Assembly (NCBI GenBank): GCA_905178155.1
Contig: CAJINV010000001.1
Coordinates: 9,693,865 to 9,757,864 of the forward strand
Direction: 5' to 3'
Length of the DNA: 64,000 nucleotides
From: Amoebophrya sp. A120
Taxonomy: Eukaryota > Protista > Dinoflagellata
Below the pieces are notes generated by a model, which was not told the origin of the DNA, ran no database searches, and saw only the letters and a list, made by a program, of their open reading frames with translations. Within the stretch, counting starts at the first letter, position 1. Every line of letters begins with the position of its first letter. The translations under genes and the position numbers were made by a program. Below are positions 46,701-59,546 of the stretch, piece by piece.

Positions 46701-49700
46701 TGCAGCGATCATGCGGTCTGTGGTGCTGGTGGAGGAAGAGCTAGAAGATGCACTTGAAGCAGTAGCAGATTCTGCACCTGCATGGAGCTGGCTCATTTCT
46801 TCCAACATCCCGACGAGTTCCGTAGGAGTGGGGTCCCGGTGGTCGTCGTCCGTTCGAAGAAGGGATACCGGCAGGTCGGTGCTGCTGCCCGCGCCGGAGG
46901 AGGAGGAAGCGGCGTTGTTCGCTGAAGATGAATCGTCTTGGCTCTGCAAAAGCAGGTAGGAGGTGTAGCTGGGTGCTTCGCTCTCCTTGCTGCCTTGCAG
47001 GGAAGAGGAAGACATACTCAGCTTCGACATTCCAGTGCTGTCGGAGGAGGAGCCCGGGTAGCCTCGGTGCATGGGCCGGTACTCTCGGCCGGTCAGCTGG
47101 GCCGCGAACTTTTCTTCCAGATCTGGCTCGTCAGCCAACAGACGCTGCAGCTCTTCGGAAGTGGGAGGAGCAAACATGTCGATCTCGCCTTCGATAGCAG
47201 ATGACTCGTCGTTCTTGTGTGATGTTGGCAACAAGCTGTATCCGTATTGCCCGAACGGAATTTTGTTTGAAAGCTTTTGCGCATGCGGGGTGACCGCAGT
47301 GACCGGGGTTGCGGCTTCAGCCTTCCAGGCTTTGCTTGAGCGGATTGGCAACCCGTATCCATACTGACCAATGATCGGCATTGGCGCACGCTTGCTGTCC
47401 ATCGCCTGCTTCTCCGATGCCGGTGCTTGTTCTTCTTCCTGTTCCTCCTCCTTCACCTTCTGAACCGGTCGCATTCCGTACCCATATTGACCGAAAGGAA
47501 TTTTGTTGGAGAGCTTTTGCGCGTGCGGGGTCACCTCGGTAACTGGTGCCGCAACTTCGCTTTTCCAAGCTTTGCTCGAACGCAAGGGCAGACCGTATCC
47601 GTACTGTCCGATCGGCACACGGCCGCGCTTGCCGTCCGTGACCTGTTGGGCCAGCGCCTCCGGTTCGACCTCCGTCGGGGCCGGCTCCGCGAGTGGCTCC
47701 TCGTAGCTGCTGTCTTCCTCTTTGATTGCACGCTTCTGGCCTTTTGACGCCGAGGGCAAGAACCCGTGACCATACTGACCGAAGGGGATCTTATTCGACA
47801 ACTTCTGCGCGCTCGGGGTCACCTGCACTGGAGCGGCGTCCGCAGAACTTGCTGGTTGTTCCTTCCATGCCTGGCTGGACCGCATACTGTAACCGTACTG
47901 CCCAATCGGCAGGCGGCCTTTTGCACCAGACGAAGCTGCAGTAGATGGAGCACTACCACTAGCAGTCTTGTCCTCTTCTGCCGCGAGCGCGCCGAGCGCG
48001 TCTGTGGACTCGGTTAACAGTTCCAGCGTCTCGTTGGATGCGTCCAGCAATGCGGACTCGGGGAGTAACCGCTCCGTCAAGGACCCGTCCGGATCCGCGT
48101 TCATCAGCAGGTCCCGCGCCAAACGACGGGCCAGCTCGCTCTGGGTCCAGGAAGCCTCCAGGTTTTCCATTTCCTCGTCGGAATCGTGGTCGGGGAGCAG
48201 CATGTACTCGGGTTCCACGGTAGAATCGTCGTCGGCAGCGATGTGCTCGATGTCCTGGATAAATCCTGTCACTTCGTCCGTCTGCACGAGTGCGGACGTA
48301 GAGTCCGGGAGGTCCTCCTGCTGGCCTTCCTGGTCCACTTCCATCGGGTCAGAAACGTAATCCTGCCATGTTGTGTCGTAATTCGATTCTGTCTCGTCCG
48401 CCACACTGGTCGGCGACAAGGGCGCAGTTTCCAGTACCGCAGGTGGAGCGGCCGTTGAGACGATCTCCTCGCTCTCCGAGTCAGACGAGATGACCTCGGT
48501 AGGAGTGAGCGGAGCAGATACAGAAGCTCCTGCCTCCTCCGGCTCTGTAATGTCCGACGCCAGGCTGGTCGGCGAGAAGCTGCTCTGCTCCGTGGCTGGC
48601 GACGTGGCAGCGTCGTCGTCCGAGTAGTACGTGTGCTGTAGTTGTTTTTCACAAAACAGACATCACATAGGTGTAAACGTCGCTCAAAGCGTACTTAGAG
48701 TTACTTATGGGGCGTCAAAATGAAATCGGAATAACGCAACGCTACTGCAGAATTACAACAACTAAACCCATACGGTGTTCCTGCGCTTCAGCGGTGCCGC
48801 GTGCGCCCACAGCGCGTTTCCGTACCCCTCTCCGTGCGCGCGAATGAAGGCCTGTTTGTTCTTTCGGACACCATCACGCGGATCAGTGCGCTTGTAGTAC
48901 GGACGGGGTGCACTGTGCCAAAACCGATTGCCGTTCTGCCGACCGAAGTTGTGAATGAAAAGAGGGAGCGTCAGGACGCGTCCGTTTGGCGCAACACGAC
49001 GGTATCGCGGAAAAGGCGCGCGCATCCATTCCAGATTGCCGTTCATCTGATAGATTTTTCAATTTGGCCATCGTCGCACATCAACATTGCCCTATAATTT
49101 CATCTCCATGATAGAAGATCAATGCACACGGAAAAAGCAGCTAAACGATGTTTCCACCCCAAGCACTGTTTACCTGCCCGAAGTTCTTGATGAAGTCCTT
49201 CTTGTTCCTCAGCTTACCATACGGGTCCACACGCCGCTCGCTCGGTCGCGGGCTCTGGGCCCACAGGATGTTGGCCTGCGCTCCGTACCACTCGTGGAAC
49301 GTTTTCTTGCCGTAATTCTTTCCGTCTGGAGCCGTACGCTTTTCCTTCGGCAGCACCGACGCCCACCACATCTTCCAGGCGTCCAACCCGTACACATCGA
49401 GAAACTCGTGGTAATGCAGAGTCAACCCCGCCGGCGACACGCGCGTGGCGTACAGCGGGATCGCGTCCCGCTGCCAGTCCGCCGCCGGTCCGAACATGCG
49501 CAAAAACTCGCGCTTCGTGACTTCCAGCCCCTCGGACGTGATGCGCTTCTCCTCCGGCAGCCGGGCGTGGCGGCGGGTGGTTGTTGAGCCGGACGACCCC
49601 GACGAGGAGGTACTGGTAACCATTTCGTCTTCGTCCTCGGAATTCCCCGGGCTGTCCTCGTTGACGATTTCCCCCTCGGACTCTGTGTCCGAGTCCGACG

Positions 49701-51594
49701 CGTACGACCCGGAAGAGGAGGAAGAGAAATCGCTGCCGTCGTCCCCGTCACCACCATCATTCTCCCGAACAACCCGGTTCCGGCGGTCGCTGGAAGAGGA
49801 CGACGCTTGGTCGACCACGCGGTCCACCTCATCCGACGCGGCCGAGTCGCTCGAAGGCAACCGGAACTCGTGCACCTGCGTGAGGAACGCCTCGTCGTCG
49901 CTGGTCTCGTTGGCCCAGCGGAACACGCGGCTCCGCGACCCGGTCCCGGGGTTGACCGGCCGCGATTCGGTGGACCGTAAGGAGGAAGAACTGGAAGCGG
50001 GGGAGGACTGGGTGGAGGGGGATCGCGGTGCAGCTTCCTGCGTGTCTGGGTATTGGTCCATGCCTTCGCCCAATGGACTGGCACTGTCCATCGTTCCGTA
50101 GTCAACCTGGTGGTCGTTGTCCTCGTTGCGCAAGTGAAAGAACTGAGCATCACGACCCTCGGAATCCTCACTCTCCCCGATAGACGACGTGCCCGTCGTG
50201 GACGAAGCAAGGGAGCTTTGCAACGACTCCGAGCTGGTCGCGGGCGAGTTCGAGCGAGAACCACTTGTGTCAGAGCCAGTGGCCATATTGTGAAACTCGG
50301 GTTGCCGGTCATTTGCCGCCATGGAGAAAAACTCGGTGCGTGGGGACGCGCCGGCCAAAAGTGGCTCCTCGTCGGCCGCCTCGGTTGGGGAGGTGTAAAC
50401 CTCCGTGGGGGTGTAGGAGTTTTCGTTTTCGCTTTCGACCGCCGCAACAGTGTCTGCATTTTGCGACTGAGAACCAGAAGTTTCCGGCAAGTCGGACTCC
50501 ATGGTCGGAGTGTAGTACTCGTTGCTGTTTTCGTCAGAGGGCGTGCGTAGCGGAGGGCGTCGCGGAGAGGAGGGCTCGCTGCCGTTTTCGTCGGACGCGA
50601 AAGCGCCCTCTTCCGGGTCGGAACGGCCATTCACCATGTCAGTCATGATGTGGTCCCAGTCGGCCGTTTGAATACTGTCACCACTGCTGCTGCTTTTCAA
50701 CGACGTCGCACTTGAAGAGAGGGGTTGCGCCTCTTCGCCCTGTTCTGGCGAAGCGGGTTCGTCTTTCACCAAGTCAACTGGAGCAGACGTGTCTGCGGGA
50801 GAGGTCGGCGAAAGCTCCTCATTTTTCGGCGTCAGCTCTGACGCGTCGGTTTTCGGGGTAAGGCCAAAATCCGTAGACGCCGCGGACTCCGTGTCCGAAA
50901 AATCGTCCCCGGTCAAATCGAAAAGCGGCGCCGCCGTGCTCCGGCCCTTGTTCAAGCGGCGGACGCTTTTGAGCGGAAACGGGATAAAAGAACTCCCACT
51001 CGGCGATCCTACCGCGCTCGAGGACGAAGCGCCGCTCGGAGAACTCCCGGTGAACATCAGGGGCGACGCGGGCACGGAGCCTCCGCCGAAAGTAGCCCCG
51101 AGATCCACCCAGTCGGAGCTGCTGCTTGCGCCGGAAGGCGAATAGGAAGGCGACGACTTCACACTGGGCGGGATCATCACGATGTCCTCGTCCGCGGATA
51201 ACTCGTGCTTAACCGGTTTCAGTGTGGGGGTGGTCAGTCGCTCCCAACCGGAGGATACGTCGTACGAGTCCTGGTAAAAGTCGTCGTCATTTTCGGACAA
51301 CAAGTCGATCAACGGCACGGCATCGTCCGTTTCTTTCGTCAAATCCCCGATCAGCTTCTGCAACCGCGCGTGCGCGAGCACGTAGTCGCCCGCGGGACAC
51401 GTGGGGGAAGTATCCGCACTGCTAGTAACGCTTTGGCCGTGAACGTCGCGATCCGTAGCGGTCACGACGCCGGCGGCCTGTGTTACGCCGGCGAACGTGG
51501 AAATGAACGCGCCCGCGGCCACGAGCCCCATAGTGCGCCGGGCGGTCGTGCTGGTCTGCGCGCGTTCAGTCGTACAACTTCTAAAAGTCGTCAT
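43728..51594 (-). CDS. Very large Ser/Asp/Glu-rich predicted type I membrane protein with two repeat arrays, multi-exon
   Basis: Signal-like MGLVAAGAFISTFAGVTQA. Phase-compatible GT-AG introns 49047-49173, 48636-48773 and 46287-46373. Further Ser/Gly-rich exons near 44483-44701 and 44223-44330. C-terminal TM IGAASLLVIFLAGGFSVVLC. Junctions around 45800-45985 and 44700-44850 are not resolved. Confidence 0.65.
47230..47925 (-). repeat. Six GQYG[YH] peptide repeats arranged as three two-motif units
   Basis: Alternating xPIGQYGY..RSS.AWK and VTP.AQKLSNKIPFGQYG in ORF 46287..48419. Confidence 0.9.
48795..49560 (-). repeat. Six ~33-aa repeats R-x-x-P-x-G-x(6)-F-x(3)-[FYH]G-x(3-6)-W
   Basis: Read across the end of ORF 49141..51594 and ORF 48762..49046, joined by intron 49047-49173. 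Confidence 0.85.
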
Positions 51595-52160
51595 TCGGAG
51601 GACGACTCGGGGGAGTGCTAGGCAAGAAGGAGATTTTCAAATGGGAGGGGGAAAAGAAGATGATGTTGACTCGCGGTCGCGTCTCAACGAAAGAGAAACA
51701 CAGAACAAGATGAAACGCTCTTCGAGCAAAACAAAAACGGAAACGCCGCAGATGAATTTTCGTGTGATTGCTTAAGAAGTAATTGTGTGGGTGGATCGCT
51801 GTTCGCTGCAAAATCAGTCTATCTTTTCTTCGATCTACATCTGGCAGATGTCCGGCCAGAACTACGAGAAAAGAAAATAAATAACGAAAAACACTGGCAA
51901 AAAGCAACGAACCAGGGCAAAATGAAAGTTCGCAGAACAAATGAAAAATAAGGGCCTTTTTTGAGCACGCAGAGCCATGCTTCAAGGACAAGAACATCGA
52001 AAAACTCGCATTGTGAGAGAGACTTCGATATCTCGATCTCCAACTTGCAGTCACTGACGGACTGCGCACATTCGACAATTTATGTACACCACTCGTCGTT
52101 GAATATTCTCGGCACCACATCTTGAATCGCGGACCATATTTCAAAAGCAATCCCAGTTCA

Positions 52161-54063
52161 TCATAAATCATCATCGTCATCGTCTGGAAGGGGCACTTGT
52201 GCCGCCTGTTGCAGCTGCTGTTGCAGTAACTGCTGCTGCTGCTGGGTCGGCACGAGACCTACATTCGGAATTGCTGGAACGGGCGCCTGTGGTGCAACTT
52301 GCTGTGGTGCTACAGGCTGCACCGCTCCAACCACTACCGGTTGCGCTGGAATTTGCACTTGTTGCTGTTGTACAACCGCTCCCATTCCTGCCTGCTGAAC
52401 GGCGGCAGCGTTATTTGTCGCTGCCGATGCATACTTCCAGACCTGCAGTGCTCCAGTTTGCAACCCGACCACGAAAACCCCTGGTGCGGAGGGAATTTTT
52501 CGCACGCACGTTACATTAGCGACCGGCGACTGTTGAAGCTTATCAATGATCCGCCAACCCGATTGCCGTTGCCAGTTTGGCACAGCAAAACTGCTCAGTT
52601 TCCCGTCTTGGTGGCCGCAAACCTGATGGAATTTTGTATAATTGCATACATTTCTTTGATGCTTGTCGCGACGAAATCGAAATCCTCATGAACATGCAAG
52701 CGAAAGAAAACTTTGGAACGAATAGTTAGAAGGGAGGTGAAAAAAAACCATCTCTCTACCACTCGTTCGCCCGCGACCTCGTCCAAAGTCAAAATGTTCT
52801 TCATGTTTCCAACAGCCTCCACCGTGTGCTTTTTCGCGCCCGTGGCCACTTCGAAGATTTGGACCTCGCCTGCTCGGGTGGTGCAGATGACGTACTGCTC
52901 GTTATTCCACGGGGACAGCGTGTTCAACCCTTCGGAGTTCAACTTTTCCGGCTTCGCCGTCTCCAACTGTGCGAGCGGAAGGCGAAAAAGGCCCTTCGCC
53001 GTCGCGATGTAGAGCCAGCAGCCCTGGAGGATGTGGAAGGTCTTCACCTCCGCGTTCAACTCCGTCTCGAACACGCAGTCGGCCTGCACTTTCCCGTCCG
53101 GCTGCGGCTGGAGCTTCCAGCATTTCAGAGCACCTGAATGATGTGCGTTGCTGTCATTGAGTCGATAGTACTTCCTTCATGAATAGCACCCATAACCTAA
53201 GTACTATGTTGTCAAATCGAAATTCCAATGAAAAAAGTTCTCCTTCTATGCAAACCAATCAAGGTTGTACCTCCATGGTCCGTGGTGATCACAATTCCAG
53301 TTTGCTCGTGTCGCCGAATGCAAGAGACTCGCTTCGTGTGGGCCTCGAACTCGAACTGGTCCCCGCTGTTTTTCGAGAACACCTTCACGGTTCCGTTACC
53401 TAGGCCGACGAACAGACATCCGACCGAGAACAAAGCGGACCACACCGGGTAGGGCATCTCGATGGCGTTCTGCTTCTTCAGATGAAACTTCTTCACGTTA
53501 CTGCTGCTAGCGCTGCTCGAGGAGCTCGTGCTTGTCGGGTTGAACCCGCCGAATAAGCTGTTGGTCGCGGTGTTGTCGCTCGCGGGCGGGGCGCCGAACA
53601 GGTTCAAGTGGTCCGCGATCAAAGTCGGCTCTTTCTCCTCGAGGAGCCAATGTATGATTTTCTTGTCGCGGGACAGTGTGTACACGACATTGGTGCCGTC
53701 GCAGAGAATTTCCGAAATGTCCGCATCGTGGGCGTCGTTCCCCGCGTTCACCGCCCAGTGCCGCTCGATGCCGCGGTCGTCCGGCGCGACGAAGACCGCC
53801 CGCTCCCCGCTGGTCTTGAGCGCGAACCCGGGAACGTTGGACTTGTTTTTGTTCTTGTTACCACCGCATTGGTTGTTTTTCGCTTGCTTCTTCAGGTCCT
53901 TTTTGTTCTTCTTCTTCTGCTCCTTTTTCTGCGCATTCAAGTTTTTCTTCACTGCCGAGGGAAGCTGGTTTTGAGAACCACCGCAAATCTGCATGGAATT
54001 ACTCCCATTTTGGTTCCCGCCCTGCTGCTTCTTCTGCTTGTTCTTCCCTTTCTTTTTGCCCAT
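52161..54063 (-). CDS. WD40-repeat protein with Lys/Asn-rich N-terminus and Gln-rich tail, three exons
   Basis: AHDADISEI..LSRDKKIIHW, LFVGLGNGTVKVF, EAHTKRVSCI, VGLQTGALQVW. GT-AG introns 53134-53270 and 52623-52759 restore the frame. Confidence 0.85.
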
Positions 54064-54795
54064 TTTGATGTCAGGGTGGATAAAACTATTAAGTGGCCTT
54101 GCCTGGTCTTAATTAAGCGAAAAGTTGAAATTTCTAGCGCTGTCGTATATGTTTTCGTTCCATCACACTCCTGTTTTGCCGCCAAGGATATGGATCTTTA
54201 GGGGTGAAAACACAAACTAAACAGGGTCAAAAAAAAATGAATCCAACAGATCGAAACGGAAACCGTGTAAATTCAAGATCGAAGATATGATCAGACACAT
54301 CGCGTTTATTTGAATTTGGATCTGATTTATTTTCAGGCTCAGATTCATTATCATGCGCTGCGCGCACTGTTTCCTCTGATCTATTGAGAAAATGTACCTG
54401 TTGCAAAAGTAGGCAACGTTTGAAGTTGAACTTACGGAACAAGTTGACAAATGAGAGCATTTGTTGAGTGTTTACGCTTACTGATACACATGAGCTGAAT
54501 CGTTTTTCGGCGGACGGCGCTTGCATCTTCCACACATCTGCTTTCTGTCAGTGCAATAGAAAGGATTCGGATTGGCTGCATCTCATTCTCATTTTCGTTA
54601 TTTTTGCGTCACTAATTGTGCTGATCACCATTTTTGCGCGATCCTCAGCAACCTTCGGATCGCAGCTTTGCATTTACATTTTTCTACACCAGCCATTTTT
54701 TACTTAACCTCTCTAGATTTTCATCTCAACACATGCCCCGACACGACATCATCCCTAGCCAGTGAAGTCGTGTGATTTCAATTTCCTCGTCTTCC

Positions 54796-57706
54796 CTACT
54801 CAAACCAATTGAGCAATTTCACCAGTCGCCATCCATAGCGTCTTTGACCTTCCACCCCCTCCGGCCGTCTAGCGTAGTAACCCGTAAACGTTCCGTAGAT
54901 GGTCGGCATTTTCCCCTTATGCACACTCTCCGGCACCGCGGGGGCCGCTTTTGCGTCGGACTCGATCCGAATCAGACCTCGCTCCCGAATTTCGTATTCG
55001 GGATCCGTTTCCGTGATGTATCTCACTTTTTGATTGAGAAGATGGTGGGTGTAAGGATGCTTCCCACACATTGACTCAACGAAGCCCCGGACCGCGGTTT
55101 CCCCGGTGAAAGTGCGGATCGCGCCCAGCTTCCCAGTGCGGGAGCCCCAGAAAAGAACGATATCGTGCGCCACGTCCTGGAAGTAACCGTCCAGATTTTT
55201 TTCATCGTAGTACGTGAGCCGCTTGTTCCAAAGTGCCTCGACAGCGGCAATCCCGGTTTCCACTTCTGCGGGAGAGTTCACAGGATGACCTAATGGCATA
55301 CGTGGACCCCGAATAGGACGATTAAGATTTGGATCGAGAGCGGATAAAAAATGTGGATCCACTTCGAGTTCCGGGTCTCCTACTGCTACTCTCAGCGATG
55401 CTACCGCATTTGCCAGAAATTGCGAAGCCTCTTCGCCCGACTGAAAGTCTGGTGTTCTCTTGTCCTCCTCGTGCCAAATCTCGAGTACCACGCGGCCAAA
55501 TCCGTCCCCACACAGCATGTTGTCTAGTTCCTCCGCGAAGTCCGAAAATTTTCGGTACCATTTCAGCGTCACCACCGGGCGGACTTTCTTCTTCAGGATT
55601 CGCTCCTTCAACGCGCCGCGGGCGTCGTCCATGTTCGCTTGGTTGTCACCCATGTGGTTCGTGAGCATGAAGCCGCGCATCGTCAGCTCCTTGGCCGGGA
55701 AATCGAGGTATTCCTTGATTCCGCGAATCTTGCCCATGTTGTAGTTTGCGTGCTCCGAGATCGCCCCCATCATCAGGATCTGTCCGAGCTTCGCCATGGC
55801 CTTGATCCCCGCGTCCAACTGCCAGCCGCCCACGTTGTCGATGAAAATGTCGAACGGGCCGACTTTTTGGAGCGCGGCTATCCTGGGTAAAAACGTCCCC
55901 AGCCGATAGTCAAATTGGAAAATTTGCAACACAAATCTCCAAGGCTTGGGAGTTATGCATGACAGGTTTGGCCTCGTACTGTAGTCCTGCTTAGCTAGTT
56001 TAGCAGCATCACAGATCTAGCGCATCATGCTGATTCTCTCATGGGGCTCCGCATGAGAAATATTTTTATTTTCAGCATGCAGATTAGCATGACAACGCTG
56101 GGGTGGGGACGTTTTTCCAAATGATAGCGGCATCGAAATGTTTCTCCTCCTTGTACGCGATCGTGTGATATCAAATGCAAAAATGTCTGGGTCTGAAAGG
56201 ATGCAACTTGTGATGCGCATTTCAGAACACACAAAAATCTCTGACGCATAGGCAGCAAAAGCTGCTCACTTTCTGTCACCAAAATGGGGGGTTGGTCATG
56301 CGGATTCGGCATTGCGGAAGCTTCTCGAAACCTGTGATGCAAGAGCTTCCATGCCAGACCTTCTGTGTCATGCAGAAACAGCATGACTCTTCCAGACCCA
56401 GACATTTTTACATTTGATATGTGATGAATCCCAGTCTCGTCCTTCAGCCGTTCTGCCTTCTCCGTGGTCGAAGTCACACCAGTCACTTCGCAGCCCTTCA
56501 GGAGAAGAAGCTGGACAAGGACCTGGAAATGATATGCCAGATGTTGTTGAACCAAAGTACTTACTTTCAGCAAACTCCAGCACATGCTCTTTCAATCATC
56601 TCCGGAGCAAAAAAGATCAGACCTGAAAAAAGAGCCTGAGATGAATCTGGCAGCTCCACCGCACCATCACAATATCAAAGAGTTGTCATCATTCAAGTAC
56701 AATTCCCACGCCGCCCGCAGCACTGGTCACGAGTGCTTTCTTTCCCGCCCAACCTTTTAGGTTCAGCTCCTCAGCCATGGGTCCTTTGTTGAGCGCCATC
56801 CATGCAGTAATGCCAGAACCGGGCGTGAGGATTGCGAGGTAGTCCTTCGGCGATATACCCTCGGGGAGCTTGAAAGCCATCGGAGGAATCGGTGCGCCGA
56901 AGGCCTTGATCATGTCTCGCCCATCGTCGTGGAGGATGCGATGAGATTGCAATCCGATGAACGGAGACAGCCACATCTGTTAGTTTCATGTACGTGAATT
57001 CAGGAAACATGCTGTCGCTCTTGAGGTAAAACTTGTATCGTACTAAAAGTCCATGCCCTGCCTAGCTCCTCATGTTGGAATAGAGGTTGCAACACATCAC
57101 ACAGCACGACTCTACTCATACCTGCGCACCCTTGGGCATCGTCGCACTCTTCGACTCGACAACTGTCGCGATTTGGTCTCCCTGCGCTTGCTCGTGCAAC
57201 TGCGTTCGTTTTAAGCCGATCTCCTCCGCCCCGGTGTCCCGGATGTGCGCCGCCTTTTCCAGATGCGCCCGCGCGAGCGGTAGGAGCGAGACGTAATCGA
57301 CACGAACGACGAACTGCCCCGGCTTCAAATTGTCCGGGTTCATCATCTCAGGAATGGTCAGACCCTCCTCGGGCGTCAGGGCAAAAATTTCGGACGAGGG
57401 TTTATCCGCCCGGTCGTAGTAACTCACGTAGCGCCAGCTTTGGGGCGAAGCCACGCCGCCTGGCGTGCCGGATTGCGAATCCACCCCGGTACTCGACCGT
57501 CCGGGGGGTGAAAAGCCGACCGGTGACCCGTCCGTCACCATCTCGACAATTTTCTCGGCAGGGGTTTTTCCCGCATGTTGATTTTCCGTTTTCGGCGTAG
57601 AAGAGCCGAGTTTCACTCGATGCGCCGCGGCCAAGGGCGCAGACTCCAGCGTGAGGAGTAGCAGAGGCACAATACGGACCGCCATCGTGGCCCGAATGGG
57701 TTTCAT
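54796..57706 (-). CDS. NADP-dependent MDR oxidoreductase (prostaglandin reductase/alkenal reductase-like) with N-terminal signal-like peptide and C-terminal SnoaL/NTF2-like domain
   Basis: VVESK, GITAWMAL, LVTSAAGGVG, IFIDNVGG, MGAISE. GT-AG introns 56977-57121 and 56523-56700, plus two introners. Spliced junction reads ETGIHHTIAYKEEKHFDAALQKVGPFD. Confidence 0.88.
55879..56126. mobile_element. Introner element (non-canonical intron), 248 bp, 26-bp imperfect TIR, TSD GCGGC
   Basis: GCGGC at 55874-55878 and 56127-56131. Ends are TATCCTGGGTAAAAACGTCCCCAGCC and revcomp TATCATTTGGAAAAACGTCCCCACCC (21/26). Removal restores the frame. Confidence 0.9.
56169..56419. mobile_element. Introner element (non-canonical intron), 251 bp, 27-bp TIR (1 mismatch), TSD TGTGA
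   Basis: TGTGA at 56164-56168 and 56420-56424. TIR TATCAAATG[C/T]AAAAATGTCTGGGTCTG. Removal restores the frame. Confidence 0.93.
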
Positions 57707-59168
57707 CGGTGTCAACTTCTTAGAGCCGTTATTGCACTTCCGACTCCGAGTGGTCAGGAGGTGAGCGAGAGGTTGCACTTTCAATACTCGTGGTAATCGT
57801 GATCTGAGAGAAGACTAACTGCCAACTAACTGCCACCACATGAACAGACACAAAAACATTGATTTCCAAGCTCTGCGCTGAGTGCGCGGGGACCCGGTCA
57901 AGATCTGCAGCGCGCTTGTGCATGTAGACGATGATCCTGAAAGATCGACGAAAGAGGCTTCTTCTGTCTGTGAACCTCGAAGGAGAAACTCGTCATATTT
58001 TTGATCCTTTAGAGTAGAAGTGGTAGATCCAGAGAATATGTACATAATGCCAAAAAGGTTCGCTGCTCCTAGATCAATGATGTAAAGACAAGAGAACAGT
58101 GGTCGGCGACAACTCCCCGAACTGGTCACGGTCTTTCGACGCATCACGCAGTGACCGAGAAATCTCAATCTAGATTTAGGACGCCTGTCGCGTAAAAAAA
58201 CTCTCGCAAATGCTGCAAATAGGTTTTTGCACAGTTCATCTTTTGGGGAAATTCTCTGACAAAAGTATAAATGATGAAGCCCGTAGTTTCGAAAGATACC
58301 GTAACGAGAACTCGTTTTGGCGTCGCGCTATTCTTTGAAGTCAGACTTGTGCTTCACCGCTTCGGGTCATTTACATTTCACTACCTGATTCTATTTTTGT
58401 GGTCCACATACTCGCCCAGCTTTTTTAATCTTCCTGTCCTTCTCTCTATATTCTCGTTTACCTTAGAGTTTTCACATTCCTTCGTGTTCAACAGTTCAAT
58501 ACAGTTGATTGTTCATTGACGACGTTTTGAGACCACGATATTAGACGGTGGATTTCAGCTGACCTAAAATCTCTGCCGTCGGCTAGCAAGTAATTGACCA
58601 AAATGATTTGCAGACTGATGTGCTGACAGCTGCTGCAGGACTAGAAGAAAGCACGCTACGACATTGGCAGACGAAAACTCGCGCAGCGAAAAGCGGACTA
58701 TTCCAATTCCTGTTAGCAACAGCTACAGCAAGCGGACCACATGCAGTAATTCGTATAAACAATTTCAAGGGTTGTGGTTGCGCTAAATAGAAGCCAGTTG
58801 CTTAGCAAAAGATGCGATTTCAAAGCATTGGTAGACTGATGAATTCCGAAAAGTTTCAAGCCAAGATGTGATAACTGAAAGAAAGTGAGTGTCGCTGTGG
58901 AAAAAAAAAAGTTCTAGGTCTGCAAAGAAGAAGACAGCTTGCTAGCCTTAGTTGTGCATCATTTGCATGCAAAAGTCGACCTTCTGCCGCTTCGTCGCGT
59001 GATCATCGTAGTTGCTCGAGCGCTTCCCTGCTGCGGCAAACAAGGTAGTCGCAGGAGTATTTGTGACGCTGCTGCCCATCATGCCATTCGTGGGCTGCGG
59101 CGTCATCAGCATGGCGTTGGGTTGCGTTTGACCTGCACAATTTAGAAGATTTCTTCTTCTTTATCTTT

Positions 59169-59546
59169 TCACCACGAATTGATTCGAAATCGAATAACTT
59201 CGCCTGCATTAAAAATCATCAGAAAGACAAAACAATCCGTGCTTGAATTGTTCCTATTTCCGTTTCGAAAACGAGAACGAAGAGCATCACCATGGTGATC
59301 AATGCATCACTAGGCTAACATACCTGGCGTGGTATTCACCACACAGGCATTCCCCGCGAAGTTAGCCGGCGCCGAAGGTTGGTAAAACTGGGACGCGGGT
59401 GCGATCATGGAGGCCACCGGCACCAGTTCGTAGTCCTGCATCATCGGCACGGCCAGGTCGGACCCCCAGATGTCATTTCGGCCACCATGGTAGGGTCGGT
59501 ACGCAACAGACGACGTCGGCATAAAATTGTTGTTGCCGTGGGACAT
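59169..59546 (-). CDS. Possible small two-exon gene (~86 aa), unknown function
   Basis: ORF 59310..59546 has a G|GTATGT donor at 59323. TGCAG acceptor at 59204 continues the frame as GEVIRFRINSW*. Confidence 0.4.
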
